From Lama glama (lineage: Eukaryota), in assembly GCA_028534125.1 (NCBI GenBank), contig CM052817.1, positions 66,590,001 through 66,654,000 of the forward strand: a stretch of 64,000 bases of DNA. The letters are read 5' to 3'. The position numbers were made by a program, and so were the translations under genes. This document shows positions 1 to 12,090 of this stretch, in pieces. The notes beneath the pieces are model-generated. The model saw only the letters and a program-made list of their open reading frames with translations, did not search any database and was not told the origin of the DNA. Positions within the stretch are counted from its first letter, which is position 1, and each line of letters opens with the position of its first letter.

Positions 1-689
1 TTATCTAAATATCTGGAAGTATTTTGTGATTTTATTTTTATAGTGTGCTTATGAAAATTTACTTTCTTAAAGATAGAACATCTAGATATGCAAGTTTTCT
101 AATTTGTAAAATATCTGTTTTACAACAGTAGGCATTTACATGGCAAGGGCTACTTGATAAATTATGTGTTATATTATTGCAAATGCCAAGGGAGGAAAAG
201 AGATCAGATACTCCTCTTTGAATATCAGAGAAATAAGCGGTTTCGTTTTATATTTGTTATTATCCATTTAGTAAGTTATGTTGTTAGTGAGCAGTTACTA
301 AGCATGACGATATAGTAGTCATTGCATTTGCTGACTAGTAGCAAAATTATTGTGAATGATTTAAATGAATGCTTTTAAACAGTGGGATTTTAAATACTAT
401 CGATTAGGGAAAGTCTTAAAGAACGTTCACCTGAAAATATACAACTATGAAAATAAAAAAGATCAGAATGGAGGCCATTCTGACTTTTCCTGATTGTGAA
501 TATTTGCCATGAAATTATGAATTGGCTGCTCATAGTAAGTGTACTTATTTAAAATGCCTGAGATTAGCGGCCTTGTTCCTGTAACATAACTTGAAATGCA
601 TGTTACACTTCACCCAGCTCAAACTCATTCTTCTTGTTCCATTGGGATCTGACTCAAGAAAGGACAAGGAAGAAGAGAAACCAAGCTAG

Positions 690-870
690 CTTTTACTCAG
701 TGCTTCTGTGTCAGACGCTATGCTTGGTGCTTTCGCATTAGACTGTTATCACTAATCTGTGTGAATTAGATATTTTTAGTCCCATTTTACAGATCGGGAA
801 TTTAAACTAAGACTGTCATTTGTTTGGGGTTACACACTAATCAGGCAGAGCTGTATTTCTCATCTAAGCC
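690..870 (-). mobile_element. MIR SINE fragment
   Basis: cccattttacagatcgggaa resembles the reverse complement of the MIR core; flanks resemble the MIR tail (tgcttctgtgtcagacgctatgcttggtgcttt). Confidence 0.65.
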
Positions 871-2782
871 CAACTTAGTTCTACTTAATGCTTTTTTAAA
901 CTACTGCACACTTCTTTCTTCCTTAAAATCAAATACTATTAATGTATTATCTTTTATTCTTCATCTTCAGTATTTCTGTTCTGGTAATACACAAATAGAC
1001 TGATAATTCTGTTGAACTTTATATTGGAAAAAAAAATGATTACAAGCATTGGAGCCCAGGAACCAAAGAGGACAGAAAGCTGTCCCTACGTGCGAGGGCT
1101 TAAATTCGGCTGGAAAATATATATAAATAGTGGTTTTAAATATTTTTGTTTAACTATTTTGATTTTAAAATGTGACTTTCAGTAACAGTTACTGAGACTT
1201 TTTCCCTCAGTGCAATTATGTAAGAAGTAAATTGACACTTAGCCTGTATTATAGTATATTGTATTTAAATGAAACAATGTCGAGTGGAGCAGCATATGGT
1301 CATTTCTGTTTAGACTTAGAAGACTTGTCTGGAAAATAGCAGTTATGGGGTTGGTAGGGAAACATGAATCCCATTCCTGACTGTAATTACATTTTCATTT
1401 AACAAAAAAAGGATATTTCTCTGTAAAAGGAAAAATAGGCAATAACCTCACTCCCTAAATCATGAATGCTTAAGGCTGAAGCCCCTTGGTGGCAGTGTAC
1501 TCTGTGAGCAAAGTACCTCAGGCCAAAGAAAGGCTCACTGGTGCTGAAATTGCTCATGTCAAAGTGATTGCGAGTGTCCCAGAACATGATGAAATAGATG
1601 AACATAAAAGTGTCCAAAACAGCTTCATAAATATTAAAAGACCCTGATATGGAAGGCAGTATCATAATTGGAACAGTTGAAATCATGTGGAATTTTTCCT
1701 AACAAGATAAATCATAGACAGAATTTGAAGTAAGAAGCACTTAATGGAGAAACATGAAGGATGCATGTGGGTGAAAGGAATGGAATGTGCAGTTGTGGGG
1801 AGAAGGCAGAGCACATGTTACCTCAGAGTCTTGGACCAGAAATCTGAGTCATGCTGTGTGATTTTTTTCATAAACTATACATTATCTTTTGACTTGTGTA
1901 CGGTAGTGACCTCGGGAGGACCATGAATCAATTTTTTTAATGCTTTACCATTTAATATGGGATTTTAGTAAAATATATAACAAGAAATCCTGTTTTAGAG
2001 TCTAAAAGAGCTTACACACATGTATGGTAGGTATTTTAAAACTCAAGCAATAGGGAAATCTTTTTTACCAACAATAAAAGTGAAAATATAATGAATAAAC
2101 TGAGATGCTTTTCATTCCTTTAGTCTACTCTTTTTGTGGAATGATTTTCTTTTCTAAATATCTGTCATTATCACCTCAAGGGAGAGAAAGAATAACATAG
2201 AACAGGAAGAAAAAAGAAGACTTCAATTTATCGGTGTCTCTGATTTGATGCAGAATATAAAATAAAGCACCTTGTAAGACATACACACACACACCCCTGC
2301 ATGCACCAACTGAGAGAGAAAAACAGCAGATGCATTTAAAGGAATTATTATTGTTATTATAGCCCAAATTATTATTGGTAATAATAAAAGTAAAATTTTT
2401 GAAAATAAATTTAATTGTAATAACTTGTATCTAGTAATAATCAAGGTAGCTGAACATCTGCCAAAGGTCTGTTTTGCTCCTCCTCCCATATTATATACGT
2501 GCATTTTCTAAGAATTTAATGTGGCTCTTATTCTTTTTTCTTTATATATATATTCAACTTCAATCTATAAACAAGTTGATATTTTATGAACAACGATATA
2601 TGGCTGTACATCCATTTTAATTTCTGGGAAATGACAGATTTTATTCTCTTTTCTTAAAATGATTAAGATAAGAATGCCACTTCTAAATCAACATCTACAT
2701 TTTCAAGGTCTCACTAGATCAGAAATCTCTTATTAGTGGATTGCTTATCTATGCCAAGGTGGGATTTTTTTTTCCTTTATAG

Positions 2783-2879
2783 ACTTCGATCTATTATACA
2801 GAGGTCCTCTCCACCTTTTTACATATCTAAGTCTGGGCATGCAATCTGGACAGAGAATACAGAAGACAGAAATCCATGA
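2783..2879 (+). CDS. Candidate 3'-terminal coding exon of an unidentified gene (…LRSIIQRSSPPFYISKSGHAIWTENTEDRNP*)
   Basis: Polypyrimidine tract tttttttttcctttatAG (AG at 2781-2782). One leftover base, then 31 open codons from 2784, ending in tandem stops TGA TAA (2877-2882). Overlapping AATAAA about 65 nt later. Non-repetitive sequence; gene not recognised. Confidence 0.5.
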
Positions 2880-2943
2880 TAAGTATGTGGAACTGAATGC
2901 CTACTTACTTTTGTAAGCATTCATAAACCAACAGTGATACAGA

Positions 2944-2953
2944 AATAAATAAA
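2944..2953 (+). terminator. Candidate polyadenylation signal (two overlapping AATAAA)
   Basis: AATAAATAAA followed by T/GT-rich tttcatatttggtaattttc, downstream of the candidate stop. Confidence 0.4.
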
Positions 2954-5759
2954 TTTCATATTTGGTAATTTTCAATGAGAAAATGCATCCGTTTACATTT
3001 TTCCTTTAATTTAAAAATAATCCTTGTGATTTTAGAATATTTGGAAAATACAGAGAAATATAGAGGTTATTTATAATTCCACCTTCTAGAAATAACCACT
3101 TTAAACGTGTTTCCTTACATTCAGGTTTGGAAATTTAAATAAATTTAAATGTCCCAAACCCCATTATTTAGCTAGAAGCCTGTCAGATTCTAATTATCCC
3201 TAGGACTTTTAGAGTAAGAGCTTTCTTATGTCTTTCCTAAGAGCCCCTGGCTGCATGCTTTAGCTTCTGTTGTGTAATTCCGGGTTCTGGATGCCCTCTA
3301 GTTCTCCCAGTTCCCAGACACTGTTGACCTTTTCCCAAGATTCCCACACAGAGACCTCTGTGTGAACAGCAAATTTCAGTGAAGATTTAGGGCCATGGAG
3401 GGAGCTTCACTGCAGCAGTGATCTTGGCGTTAACCTTCCTGCATAATGATCAGCCTTTTTGCCTCCTAATCCTGCCTCCACACAGGCCTTGTTTCTGTGC
3501 TCTTGTAGACTCTCAGAAGTGTGGTCATCTTATTTCATTCTTGTCCATTGATGTCTTTAAAGTATCATTTTCCTTCTTCAAACTATTTGCCAAGGAATTC
3601 AGAGGAAGTTCTCTTTATCCTCAAGAAGAATCCTGATGTCAGCTGTTGGGATACATATATTTGCTCCGTATTATTCATATGAATTTGTTGTATTGTAAAA
3701 AACATTTTGTGGTCTGCCATTCTAATTTAAAATTATAATTAACTATTTTATGTGTTATTACATACTCCTTGTAAACCTGATAACCTAGTTTTTAGTAGAA
3801 ATATAATAGGAGATGAATCTTTTTGGAGATAAACCCAAAAGGTTACTCCTTGGATTGTTTGCCTTCACTTACTCAAAATGATCATCAGAGAGGAATCACA
3901 GAAAACTCCAACATCTGTGCCAAAAAGCAGCCATGACCCTACCTGAAAAGTGTAAGAGCTTTTGAACAAGTTAGAAACCCCAAATGATGCTTATCAGGTG
4001 CAAAATAACAGATTTTGGTGTATACGGGTCACAGCGCCAAGGACAGCCCCCAAAATGGCTATAAGTGCCAAGTCTAAGGAGGTAGAAAGTAGCTGAGTTT
4101 CCCTCCTTGGGGACAGAGCAATCACTGCATCCCTGTTGAGCAGCTCTGCTTTGGATCTCTTAGAATTCTCTGACTTTAGGACTAGAAGGAATGTTCCTTG
4201 ATAAAAATTTGTTAACCCTAGTTTAGATTTAATACCTTCTTACAAGACTGATACTTATTTCTAGCAAGTAATCTGTGACTGATTTGAGGAAAAGAAAGAG
4301 AAATTGTGCCATTTAAGAGCACTTAACAATAATGTTTATTTAATCACACCATGTCTTGTTTGATAATATTTGAGCTTAGGCAAAAATTACCACAAAGAGG
4401 AGATTTTACCTAATAACTTATTTGAAATTGATTCAGTATGATAACTGATTCAAAAGTGAAAACTAATCAGTTGATGGGTTGCCTGATACACATGCTACCA
4501 AATCAAGTTTGCTAATTATTCATTAAAATCTTATCTATGTGCCTTAGGTTTTAGAAATTGCAAATATACTAGAACAAAAATTCGCATTGTGTTGATTTTA
4601 GAACTTGCCTAAAACATGCCCACTGAGCTCTAAAATCAGAGGAAAAGTGTATGGGGTAAAAAGAGAAAGAGGACGACTGGGGGGACAGGGGAAAGAAAGA
4701 AACCAATGTTGGTAGCACAGAGGAAATGGGTAAGCTGTCTGTGGTGGCCCTGCCTACTCCGAGAAAAATACTTGATTTTTAATTATCTCTTTGCAGATTT
4801 TCTCAGGAAAGACATTTCTCTTGGCCACTAAGCCCAGTGTATGTCACTGCTTAAAATAGTCTTCCCCTGAAATGGTATTAGTTTGGTGTAACAGAGTCAA
4901 GCAAAACCCCCACTTACAATTCTCAGCAAGAACTATTCACAGATGCCACGCTGCTGGTTTCCAATGTGTTGCTACGTTATAAATGATTCATATTTTCATA
5001 AAGTTCCTAGAAAAGCTAACAATGTCTGTATACTTTCTCTTTATATACACACAGGATATAATCCTGAAAAAGTTTTCCCAGGTTCTTATTCTGCTTCCAC
5101 ACAGAAGGAAACAGAAGCAGCAAGGGTCCGGTAGTTGGCTGGTCAGGTCAGACCCAGATAGTCTCCCTGGCAGTACATTTATTTGCAGGAGGTACTGGGG
5201 CAAGCACCCTTGGAAAAGCAAGATCCTTGAGTGTTATTCCCCCCTCAGCTCACACATGTAAACAGATTATTGCATTATCAGTTTATATCACCCCAAGTGA
5301 AATTAGCTCTTGATTAATCCCAAGAAAGCAAAGATTTTGTAATACAAATATAGTTCCTTTTTGAAAAGGCGCCATGTTATTATTTCCATGATTCAGGTTT
5401 TCTACATCAGATATACTATCTTTTCACCCAAAAGTGTATACACACATTTCTTGTGATAGAGAAATTTTCATCCTCCTTATTCCAAGGTCTGTTTTGTCTC
5501 CTTTGTTTCTTAATTGTGAAGAAAAAATTTTAACCCCAGATGTATAATCAGTATTTTAAAATGCTTTACTGTTTTAAAAAATTGTTTTAAGAATTAATGA
5601 TTCTTTTGATAAGCCCTAAAGGGCACTTTGTTCTAGCAACAACTGACCCCTGAGAAGTCACGCCTCATCATCCCAGGCAGAGAAAAATCTTAGCCTTTCA
5701 AGAGGTCATGATTTCATTCCTGAATGAGATCTATCTTGCATATTTGTTTAAATATTTAT

Positions 5760-5960
5760 GTATCCTCCGTTTTTGGAAAGAATTCTTTATATTCACTAAA
5801 AGCCCCTTAGTCTCCAATTTAAGCCCATGTCCCACTGTCCTAATCTCAGATTTTATGGAAAACAGCTAGGGTGGCAAATTGAGCCACAGCAAATGCCAAT
5901 TTTGGAAGAATTTATATCTCTTCTCTGATCTTCATTGTTCCAAATACCATAGCTGCTTAG
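5760..5960 (-). mobile_element. L3/CR1 LINE fragment (very old)
   Basis: ggaaagaattctttatattcactaaaagcc…caatttaagcccatgtcccactgtccta resembles the reverse complement of the CR1/L3 3' region. Confidence 0.45.
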
Positions 5961-6834
5961 AATGCAGCCATAGTCTATAAGGACAAGCAGGAATATTATT
6001 TTAATTACCTATTGGCTCAGTGCGTACTGATTTTAATCCTTATTAAGTTAAACTTAATTGAATACTCACAGGTAACAAGTCAATCCATGAAAGTAATAGA
6101 AGGAAACAGTATATACGTGCTTACATTTCTTCTCCAGTCGAGATTATTAATGTGTCATTTAAAGAATTTTTTTCAAAGTTGAAACTATCTCATTCTAAAG
6201 AGATAATTCATTATCTTTAACATACTTGCTTCAGATGCTGGTGGTCTCCGATATCTTAAAAAGGGTCACACTCCTGCATATGATAGCTAAATGGTCTTTA
6301 AAGTCCCATGGAGCCCTACGTTTTTATAATCTTTAGATTTCTAATTTCTCAGAAACCTTCCAAACGTAACTTTTGTTTTCTCTGGCTTTTTTCCAACCAA
6401 TTAGTTTGTGTAGAACAAAATAGTCTAGAGCTGTCACTTACAGGCCTGCTGGTCAAAAGGAAATGCAATTTCAGTGAGTACAAAATTAATCACTAATGTT
6501 AATTAGAGCAATCAATATTGACATCGTAGCTTTAAAGAGTGGACCTCATGAAATAAACACAGTGGCATTATGCTTTTAGAATAAAAGTATGCAAAGGCAA
6601 ATTAATTAAAATTTCATTGGATAGATACCACTTTTGGAAGTTCTTTATTAACTGGCTTTGAATCTCAGTCGTTCTTGATGCTTGAGGTTGGGAAAGGATG
6701 TTCAGTGTAACTCCGTGTAGACTGGTATATACATTCCTACTGGTATTGTGGCATGGTTTCCACTTTAAGTTTATATAAAGGTCTCTCCAAGGTCAAATTA
6801 CACTAGGTGTAATCTCCAAGGTCAGACTACATGT

Positions 6835-7290
6835 GGATAGAGGAGGAAGAGACGTCAGGAAATCTATCAATCTGAAAGTCAAGTGAAAACAAAACTTGAC
6901 CGAGGAGGAAGTGGTCGTCTGTGTCCAGTGCTACTGACAGGTCAACTAAGATAAGGATAGAGAATCAGCCTTCGGGCTTAGCAGTGTACCTGTCAAGAGC
7001 AGTTTGTGGAGTGTGGGCTGAGGGTAGGGGAGTGTCTGTCAGAGGCGTGGGAGAGGTGAGAAAGCCTTGACTTGATTAGAAGGTCATGTGAGAAAAGGAG
7101 GTGTGGGATTGAGGAATAATGAGCATAGAGCAATTCTTAGAGATTTCAAGGTAAGCAGAGAAAAGGTGTCGTAGCTAGTAGGGAACACGGGGTCAAGAGA
7201 GATACTTGGTTTTCATTAAAGACTGAAAAGAATTACATGCTTGAAAGTTAATGGGAATGACCAATAGAGAAAAATTAATGCTTCTGAAAA
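6835..7290 (-). mobile_element. L2 LINE internal fragment
   Basis: Purine-rich L2 antisense motifs: gaggaagtggtcgtctgtgtccagtgctactgacaggtcaactaagataaggatagagaa…ggggtcaagagaga. Confidence 0.7.
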
Positions 7291-7359
7291 AGAGAAAAAG
7301 TGCTGACAAAAGACTTTTGTGCTGGCTAAAAAGGACAAGAAAGATACCAATACGAATGC

Positions 7360-7437
7360 TATGTGTGAATGTATATTTGTGTGTGTGTGTTTGTGTGTGT
7401 ATACATACATATACACATATGTAAATATATATATACC
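7360..7437. repeat. Compound (TG)n/(TA)n/(CATA)n microsatellite
   Basis: tgtgtgtgtgtgtttgtgtgtgtatacatacatatacacatatgtaaatatatatatac. Confidence 0.9.
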
Positions 7438-9664
7438 TGTATTTCTCCTTCAACATTAATCATAATAAAAAAATCTTCTAAATATTGAAAAGATGGAACA
7501 GTGATTTACTGGCAGAAGAGAGAAAGAAAATTTTCTAAGGAAGCAAGACCTCTGTGGTACTTTGGGAACAACTCTGATGAATGTTTTACTCTAGTTTGTC
7601 CCAAATATGTCTTATTAGCTGTTTGTGGAGACAAGAGTGAAGCATGGTTCTACATCAGACATGATTTCCTGACAAGTGGTTAGGAATCCTTGATGAAAAT
7701 CTTTTAGGGGAAGAGACCCACTGTAGCTTGCAAGTGGTATGAGTGTCTTGGAGAGAAAGTGAACTTTCAGGAGGAAAAAAATCAGCATTTTCATCTGTCA
7801 GACATTCATATCCACTCACGTTGACAAATCTCACACTCAAAACCTAGATTTGATCCCCATGGCTGAGACTTCAGCCTAAGCAAGCACAGTTCTCCCTTTA
7901 TTAGTGTTTAATTTGCTTTTCTCAATAGTGCCGAGTCCACTTATTCAAATCTGGCTCTCATTAAGACATCAGTAAGCCAATTAATCCATTTCCTTAATGA
8001 GAACTCTCTACTACAGGAAAGGGTAACTGCATAGATTTATATTGAATCTATCAATCTTGCATTTGGTGGGGAGAATGCCAATTATCCGAGCAATCTGATT
8101 CATTACTGCAGTATTGGACTGCGTTGCTGAACAAGCCTGCAGCTCGATTATAGTAGCACTATGGGTACGTGGAGGGCTGGGAGCTGAATATTTGTTGAGG
8201 ACAGCTATGTAATTCATTGGGATGGAAGCTTTATTCACATTCCCTCATTCTGCGTTCTCCACTAGTCTGAGGAACTGCTACTTATTTTACTTTTTGGGAA
8301 ACTGAGACTAAGTTGGACAGTGAGTGAACTGGGGAGCCAGAATTTTCATCAAATGACCTCCAAAAAAGATGTCAAGCCACAAAAATAGAATCTCAAACTT
8401 AAGAGTCTTCCTGAATGAGTTCTGTAATGATTAGAATGATTCCTTCCAATTCGAGCGTGGACTTTGAGTGGAAGAAAAAGGAAATGGGTTTTGCATCAGC
8501 ACAAAGGGAGTCAGAGTGATCTAAGTTGAATAACACTCATGAGTGAGCTAGGTCCTCACCTCCAATCTTCTTAGACGTTCTTTTCTTGAAACTCTAACCT
8601 TATGTCCAGATTCTGCTCCTAAATAGAATGTCAGCCTGATTATTATATTATCATCATAATTACTCACAAATGTTTGCTGAGCACTCATTCTGTATCTAAT
8701 CTGCTAGGATTGTTAGGGAGGGAAGGGGAAAAGACCAAACTCTGCACTTTTGTTTCTCTCTGTAATCTACTTCATCAAATACCAGGATGTCATAAGATTC
8801 AAAATACAGATACAAAAGGTCTTTGGAATTTATAAAGCTTGAATGGTATTTTTTGTATTGTTATCACAGTTTTTAACTTCCTCATGAACATATTTTAATA
8901 TTTCAATCACTTTGCATGTGAATTATTTTAATAAAGTCTTTGCAAATTAAAAATATACATATATGACACATGAATATTCCATACTATGAATTTTTTCTTT
9001 CTTATTTAAGAACGACTCCTGAAGTAAATACAGAAAATAGTATTTATCAAATTTTTTCTTAAATAAGTTCAACTGTAACATCCCTTCAATCATAATAAAA
9101 TGAATGTTTATTATGTTTTATTTTAATCTGTCTTTTACTTATTAAGTCAGGAGAGGACTTCAATTCCCAGAAAAATTTAAGTGGCAGTAATTTGAGTAAT
9201 AGAGATTCACATCTAGCAACATTTAGCCACTGTTGGGAGCCCTTCCTGTTGCTTAAATTCTAGCTGGTTGTGGAGAGATAGTAAATGAATAATCCAATAA
9301 AGTTATTTCAGAAAGTGATAAAAGGTGTGAATATTTCTAATTAAAGCATAAAATGCACTTGAACTCTAGTTATAAAAAAGAATAGAAATTTATTACAGCG
9401 TGCTCAATATCACATGTGTTATAAATATAAATTTCCATTTAGTATTCGATTTCATGATGTCTTCATAACAAAATTATTCATTTATATGATATATGAATAA
9501 ATTCAAGCCTAGAATCTATTTATAACACTGTTTATCACACTGGCGAGAGTATATCAGAGTTTATAATTACATATTGATATGTGTGGGAATTTAATAGAAA
9601 ATAATATTAATTTTTTCTTTAACAGGCTAAACTGTAACATCCCTTCAGTCATAATAAAATGAAT

Positions 9665-9960
9665 ATGTCTCCCACTGAACTATAAATTCCACAAAAGTAG
9701 CTGTCTGTTCACCATTGTATCTGCCCAGTGCAGTTAGTGTCTCAGAGAAGCTCTTTCTCTCATACACACACATATATGTACACATGTTATATTATATATA
9801 TGTTGCATAAAAGAATGACTGCTTTCTACAAATATTAAGCATGCACTCTGTGTTGAATATTTTTATAGTTATAGTAATGTAAGACAGAGAAGTCATTCCT
9901 CTCATGAACTCACATTGAAGTAGGGGGACAGACAATAAACAAGGGAACAAGTAAGTGTTC
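9665..9960. mobile_element. Two degraded L2 3'-end fragments (about 9665-9755 on +; about 9830-9960 on -)
   Basis: tgtctcccactgaactataaattcca…tctgttcaccattgtatctgcccagtgc on +; cctctcatgaactcacattgaagtagggggacagacaataaacaa on -. Confidence 0.55.
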
Positions 9961-10124
9961 TTTATCTTCTGTCCTCTTGTATCCAGTTTCTAGCAAGCAG
10001 TTAAGTACTTTGGAAAAAAGAACAGGTTAGTGCAAGAATCAGAAATATTGCAATTAGCAAAAAGCCACACAGAACTTGCTATGAACTGGTAGCTGTTCCT
10101 ACGGCTGTATGATAACAGTTCTGT

Positions 10125-10272
10125 TTAATTATCCCCATTTCACAGGTGAGGGAATGAAGCGGAGTGGTTAGGTGACTGCCTGAAGTCACACAAGTCCTAG
10201 GAGGCAGAGCTGAGGCTTGAACCCGGGCAGTGCAGCTCTATCTCGCCTGCTTTAGCACTGCGCCAGGCTGCT
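10125..10272 (-). mobile_element. MIR SINE
   Basis: ttatccccatttcacaggtgaggg…tgactgcctgaagtcacaca…ggcagagctgaggcttgaacccggg. Confidence 0.85.
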
Positions 10273-10612
10273 CCTCAGTACTAAGGAAAAGCACACTCAG
10301 CCTTTTTGTACTGTGTCTCTAACAGCTTATCTCGCTGTAGATCTGACAGATCTTTCTGCCTAAAAGTACTGCAGTACATCAGGTAGGATTCAACTCAGAT
10401 GGAAGTCTGGGTCCAAATTCAATTTCACCTGTGTTCTATGCTGATGGACTAAAAAGCTTCTAAGAATACAGAAAAAGAAAATACCAAATTCTAGTTTTAG
10501 TAGGTCAAATTAAATTATCTAATGGCTGTTATGTAACTTTCTGCTGCTATCCTTTGCTCTTTTTTTTTTTTTACTATTTTATCATTATAGTTTTATTTGT
10601 TCTCAAGAGTAT

Positions 10613-11080
10613 TGTGATGGTTATTTTACATTAACTTGACTGGAACTTGGGGTGCCTAGATATTTAATCAAACAGCAAATGGGTGCTTTTATGAGGATGT
10701 TTTTGGGTGAGATTAACATTTGAATCAACAGGCTGAGTAAAGCAGGTTGCTCTCCATAGTGTGTGTGTGTTGAGAGGTAGGGGTTGTCCAATCAGTTTAA
10801 GGCCTGAATAGAACAAAAAGACTTGACTTTCCTTTGAACTGGGACATCAGCTTTTTCCTGCCTTTGGACTCAGATTGAAACATCAGTTCTTACTGGCTCT
10901 CAAGTCTGCTGACCTTCAAACTGGAACTACATCAGTGGCTCTCCTGGGTTTCCAGCTTGCTGTCTCACCTGTCAGTCTTGGGGTTGCCAGCGTCTATAAT
11001 CATGTGAGCCAATTCCTTATAATAAATATCTTTACATGGATACATCCCATTGATTCTGTTCTCCAGAGAACCCTAATACA
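10613..11080 (+). mobile_element. ERVL solo LTR, MLT2 family (MLT2D-like)
   Basis: Begins TGTGATGGTTATTTT…AACTTGACTGG and ends TTGATTCTGTTCTCCAGAGAACCCTAATACA. Internal catgtgagccaattccttataataaa; TG…CA termini; degenerate 5-bp flanks AGTAT/AGGGT. Confidence 0.9.
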
Positions 11081-11762
11081 AGGGTTCATTTTATTTTAAT
11101 TCTCTTTCTATGATTAGATTTTTCTGAATCCCTCAATGGTAAAATCAAGATGAAGAAACAATCTGAGTGCTAGATTAATCCTATCATGTTACATTCTGCT
11201 GTCGGGGCTGTAGAGGTGTAGAGTCCTTCCCATGGGGAGGGACGGCTAGAGTGCCAGAGGTGAAGTCAGACGCACACACAGCCCAGAAGGCTGAAAGGGA
11301 GAAGCAGACAGGTGGGCAGAGGCGAAGCAATATAAATCCATAACGGTTCAAAAGTAGCTAACTAAAATTGCTGTAGGAAAATATCATGCGAAAAGGTGAA
11401 AATATTTCCTTAAAAGAAAATGCAGTTTGTCTAAGATCTTCACAGAGGTTTTTCAAGTACCTCCTAGGGGTGTTTGGGAAAAGAGGGGAACTTGTTTTAA
11501 TGCCAAAAGAGTTTTACTGACCATCAGTAGATGGATGAAGAATGGGCCTGCCCAAAATGCCAGTGGAACTTTTCTTAAGAAATACTAGCAAAAGATTTTC
11601 AGCTAATCACACACTAACCTCAGTAAACATAGAATTCAGTTTTTTTCTGTATTCCCTCTGATTTCCTTAACCGTTTGGTAGGTAGATATAGTAAATGGAA
11701 TTGAAACATGGCCATATCACATATGTTTTTTTAAGTGGATGAGAATGTCTCTATATATGTCT

Positions 11763-12090
11763 TGTTAAAAGATAGATTGGGGCACATTCAACATTTTAAG
11801 AGTTTATTTGATCAGAAATCAATTCCAATCGGACAGTGCCAAAGCACAGTGGTTAGGAACGCTCCACTGACAGGAGCCGGAGGAAACACTTTTGCAGAGA
11901 ACAGGCAAAGACGTCACTGACTGGGTAGAGCTTGAAGACTAGTTGTCTGCTGTGATGCTTCCCCTTTGGTTTTGATTTTATACCCTTGAGGCATTTATAT
12001 ACAGGCTTAGGGTTTGGTTTGCCCAGAGTAGGCCACCCTGGCATTAGAACCGCCTCAGTGTCATGACCTCCTTGTGTAACTAACTTAACA
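11763..12090 (-). mobile_element. ERV1-class solo LTR (family unassigned)
   Basis: Terminal inverted repeats TGTTAA…TTAACA over 328 bp. Minus-strand AATAAA (tttatt at 11803-11808) near the 3' end; 4-bp flanks GTCT/ATCC differ only by transitions. Confidence 0.7.

Noticed and set aside
1478..1497. CTCF-like GCCCCTTGGTGGCAG
   Set aside because: Mismatch at the near-invariant AG core on either strand
1480..1650. Short open frame (…KVIASVPEHDEIDEH…) vaguely like a retroelement endonuclease or an exon
   Set aside because: No convincing motif match or splice acceptor; bounded by stops
10339..10377. Two adjacent short palindromes (AGATCTG-A-CAGATCT and GTACTGCAGTAC), also CATTTTGCAAAATG at 13662-13675
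   Set aside because: Arms of 6-7 bp are expected several times by chance in 64 kb
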